DNA from: an uncultured archaeon
GTDB lineage: Archaea; Iainarchaeota; Iainarchaeia; Iainarchaeales; 0-14-0-20-30-16
Length of the DNA: 9,384 bases
Direction of reading: 5' to 3'
Assembly: GCA_964565725.1 (NCBI GenBank)
Contig: CAZMGA010000020.1
Location: 1-9,384 of the forward strand
The stretch's first letter is position 1. Each line of letters opens with the position of its first letter. Positions 7,454 through 9,384 of this stretch are shown here, piece after piece. Under the pieces are notes generated by a model. That model did no database searches. It was given only the letters and a program-made list of their open reading frames with translations, and was not told where the DNA came from. Made by a program: the position numbers and the translations under genes.

Positions 7454-9384
7454 AATAACTTTTCAGGATTCCACCAAAAGGACAAACCTGCACCTTCGTA
7501 AGTCATACAAACATCATTAGTATCCATACCATTTATTATTTCTTCTAATGATTCATATTTTAGACCTTTTGGTACTGATTTAATAGTTGCAGAATCACTA
7601 GCTACCTTTATTTCTGGAACTACATTTGTAGATTCATTAGGAGCATAGAATATACCTCTATAATTTACATTATTTACAGTTCTTTGTAATACTTGTTCAT
7701 CCCATTCTAAACCATAAGTAATACCTTGTAATTGACTTACAGGTGCTACTTTTGCATTAGTACCTAAAGTATCTCTAACATAAACATTACTAGTATATCT
7801 ACTACCATCAAATGTTTTGCCTTCATCATTACTTGATCTAAATGTCCAATATATTAAAGAACTTCCAGCAGTTACTGTTTGATTATCTACAACAGTTTGA
7901 TAGAAAGCATAAGCATCACCATCATTTTGTTTTGTAATACTTAAATCAAATACAAATGGTTTACTCAAATATTTTATTATATTATATGTAGCTGTATTTG
8001 TTCCTGATTTAGGAGTTATTTTTAATAAATAACCATTATCTACAGTATTCATAGTTTGGAAATCTTGGGTAGAATCTAATTCTAAATGAACTATTGGAGT
8101 AGAGCTACTTCTTAATGAAGGTTCTAACCAATAATCTTCATCACTAGATGAAAATTTAACATTATCTGGATTTTCATCAACAGAGAAATCTATACCATAA
8201 CCAACTCTATCAATTACACCATTTACTACTCCTACTGTTGCATCCATAGGCATATAATACAAAGGATTTATTTCATGAGTAATAGGTTCTAAATATACTT
8301 TAATTTTAGATATTTTAGAATTAACAAAACTCCTATCATAATTATTAGGAAATATTGAAATATTATCAACAGGTTCATTAAAATCTATTACTAGATCTAC
8401 ATTATATTCTCCGGCATAAGGTAATTGATAACCTTCTGCTTGTATAGATTTATAAGCCATAGGCAAAAATTCTAATTTACCACTTGAAATTAAAGCTACA
8501 ATTTCTTTTTCATGTTGTACATTAGATAAAAATCCTGTTAAAACATATTCTTTGAAATCATTCATAAAATCAATAGTATAACCATCTTTCATTAAATTAG
8601 CTTTAAAATGTAATAAATTATAATCTTTAGAATTATATTTTAAATCTAATTCAGAAGTAGAAGTTATTTTTAAATCAGCAGATAAATTTAATTGTGTTAA
8701 TTTATCTCTAAATAATAATTCAGTTAATTGTGTAGCATCACAAAAATTATCTTTACAATTTACAGCATCATATTCCCAATTATAATTTACTCTTGGTTTG
8801 TTATTTGTACCTGTAATTCCTAATCTATTATTAGGTCCAAAACAACTATAACTTATAACATCTTGATATTGATTAGAATCTTGCATCATTCTAAATAATA
8901 ACATAAAAGTATCTCTACCAGTTGTTCTTTCATTTTCAGCAGGAGTTTCTATATTTTCTTTATAAACTTCTTGATCTTTTTTTGCTAATTCTCCTTCTTT
9001 ATCTATTTTACACCAACCAATTTCTTTTTCAACAATTTTTCCATCTTTTTCTAAATTGATAGCATCAATAGCTCCAATTACACTTGCTTTTGAACCATTT
9101 ACATCAGTATTCATTTTAGAAGTTGTCCCATAAAGAGATTTTAAAACATCAGTTTCTAAATACAATACAGCTGATTCAATTTTATTAACTTCATCAGATT
9201 TAGTTATTTTTATAGGATAATATGCATAAGTATTAGTTCCACTTTTTCTTTGATAAACATCCCAATCACCATCATTTAATTTATAATTTAAATCAAATTT
9301 ACTTGATTTTATAGAATCACCAGATAATTTATATTTTGCATCTCTTATTTCTGCTGAATTTAAATCTAAAGCTTTTACTTTTGC
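7447..9384 (-). CDS. Large uncharacterised, probable surface/secreted beta-rich protein (partial, N-terminus beyond base 9384)
   Basis: The frame of the 572-aa track ORF stays open upstream of its TTG to the window edge, adding AKVKALDLNSAEIRDAKYKLSGDSIKSSKFDLNYKLNDGDWDVYQRKSGTNTYAYYPIKITKSDEVNKIESAVLYLETDV (about 73 codons before the TTG). It is rich in Asn/Ser/Thr/Tyr and contains MPMDATVGVVNGVIDRVGYGIDFSVDEN, but I recognise no catalytic motifs. Confidence 0.88.
   Translation of the reverse strand, partial: AKVKALDLNSAEIRDAKYKLSGDSIKSSKFDLNYKLNDGDWDVYQRKSGTNTYAYYPIKITKSDEVNKIESAVLYLETDVLKSLYGTTSKMNTDVNGSKASVIGAIDAINLEKDGKIVEKEIGWCKIDKEGELAKKDQEVYKENIETPAENERTTGRDTFMLLFRMMQDSNQYQDVISYSCFGPNNRLGITGTNNKPRVNYNWEYDAVNCKDNFCDATQLTELLFRDKLTQLNLSADLKITSTSELDLKYNSKDYNLLHFKANLMKDGYTIDFMNDFKEYVLTGFLSNVQHEKEIVALISSGKLEFLPMAYKSIQAEGYQLPYAGEYNVDLVIDFNEPVDNISIFPNNYDRSFVNSKISKIKVYLEPITHEINPLYYMPMDATVGVVNGVIDRVGYGIDFSVDENPDNVKFSSSDEDYWLEPSLRSSSTPIVHLELDSTQDFQTMNTVDNGYLLKITPKSGTNTATYNIIKYLSKPFVFDLSITKQNDGDAYAFYQTVVDNQTVTAGSSLIYWTFRSSNDEGKTFDGSRYTSNVYVRDTLGTNAKVAPVSQLQGITYGLEWDEQVLQRTVNNVNYRGIFYAPNESTNVVPEIKVASDSATIKSVPKGLKYESLEEIINGMDTNDVCMTYEGAGLSFWWNPEKLLN

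Noticed and set aside
9163-9165. TTG at 9165 as translation start of the minus-strand protein
   Set aside because: The frame stays open and protein-like up to the window edge at 9384. The TTG is simply the most upstream candidate start codon inside the window.
1-9384. CRISPR array, anti-phage defence cassette, transposon or integrase
   Set aside because: No regularly spaced direct repeats, terminal inverted repeats, or Cas, transposase, integrase, toxin or restriction-enzyme motifs were seen in any read-through of the long frames.

Overview
AT-rich, gene-dense window of probable archaeal origin, possibly a DPANN-like genome. The taxon is inferred only from base composition, archaeal-type gene content and TATA-like promoters. 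Four coding regions are supported. (1) A giant minus-strand ORF is missing from the supplied ORF track because it has no stop inside the window. I read its frame triplet by triplet and found no stop from an ATG at 5207 down to base 3 (at least 1735 codons, continuing past base 1). It looks like a membrane-anchored, extracytoplasmic beta-sandwich-rich surface protein, with an N-terminal signal-anchor and a second hydrophobic hairpin about 1,570-1,620 residues later. (2) A plus-strand metallo-beta-lactamase-fold nuclease-like protein (5310-6305). (3) A plus-strand NOG1-type ribosome-biogenesis GTPase (6385-7407). (4) A minus-strand probable surface/secreted protein (7447 to beyond 9384), whose true N-terminus lies outside the window. 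A perfect 9-bp hairpin followed by a U-rich tract overlaps the stop codon of gene 4 in the convergent gap. I found no CRISPR array, tRNA/rRNA, mobile element or recognisable defence system. The most notable items are the giant partial protein and the flanking of two informational genes by two large uncharacterised probable surface proteins.
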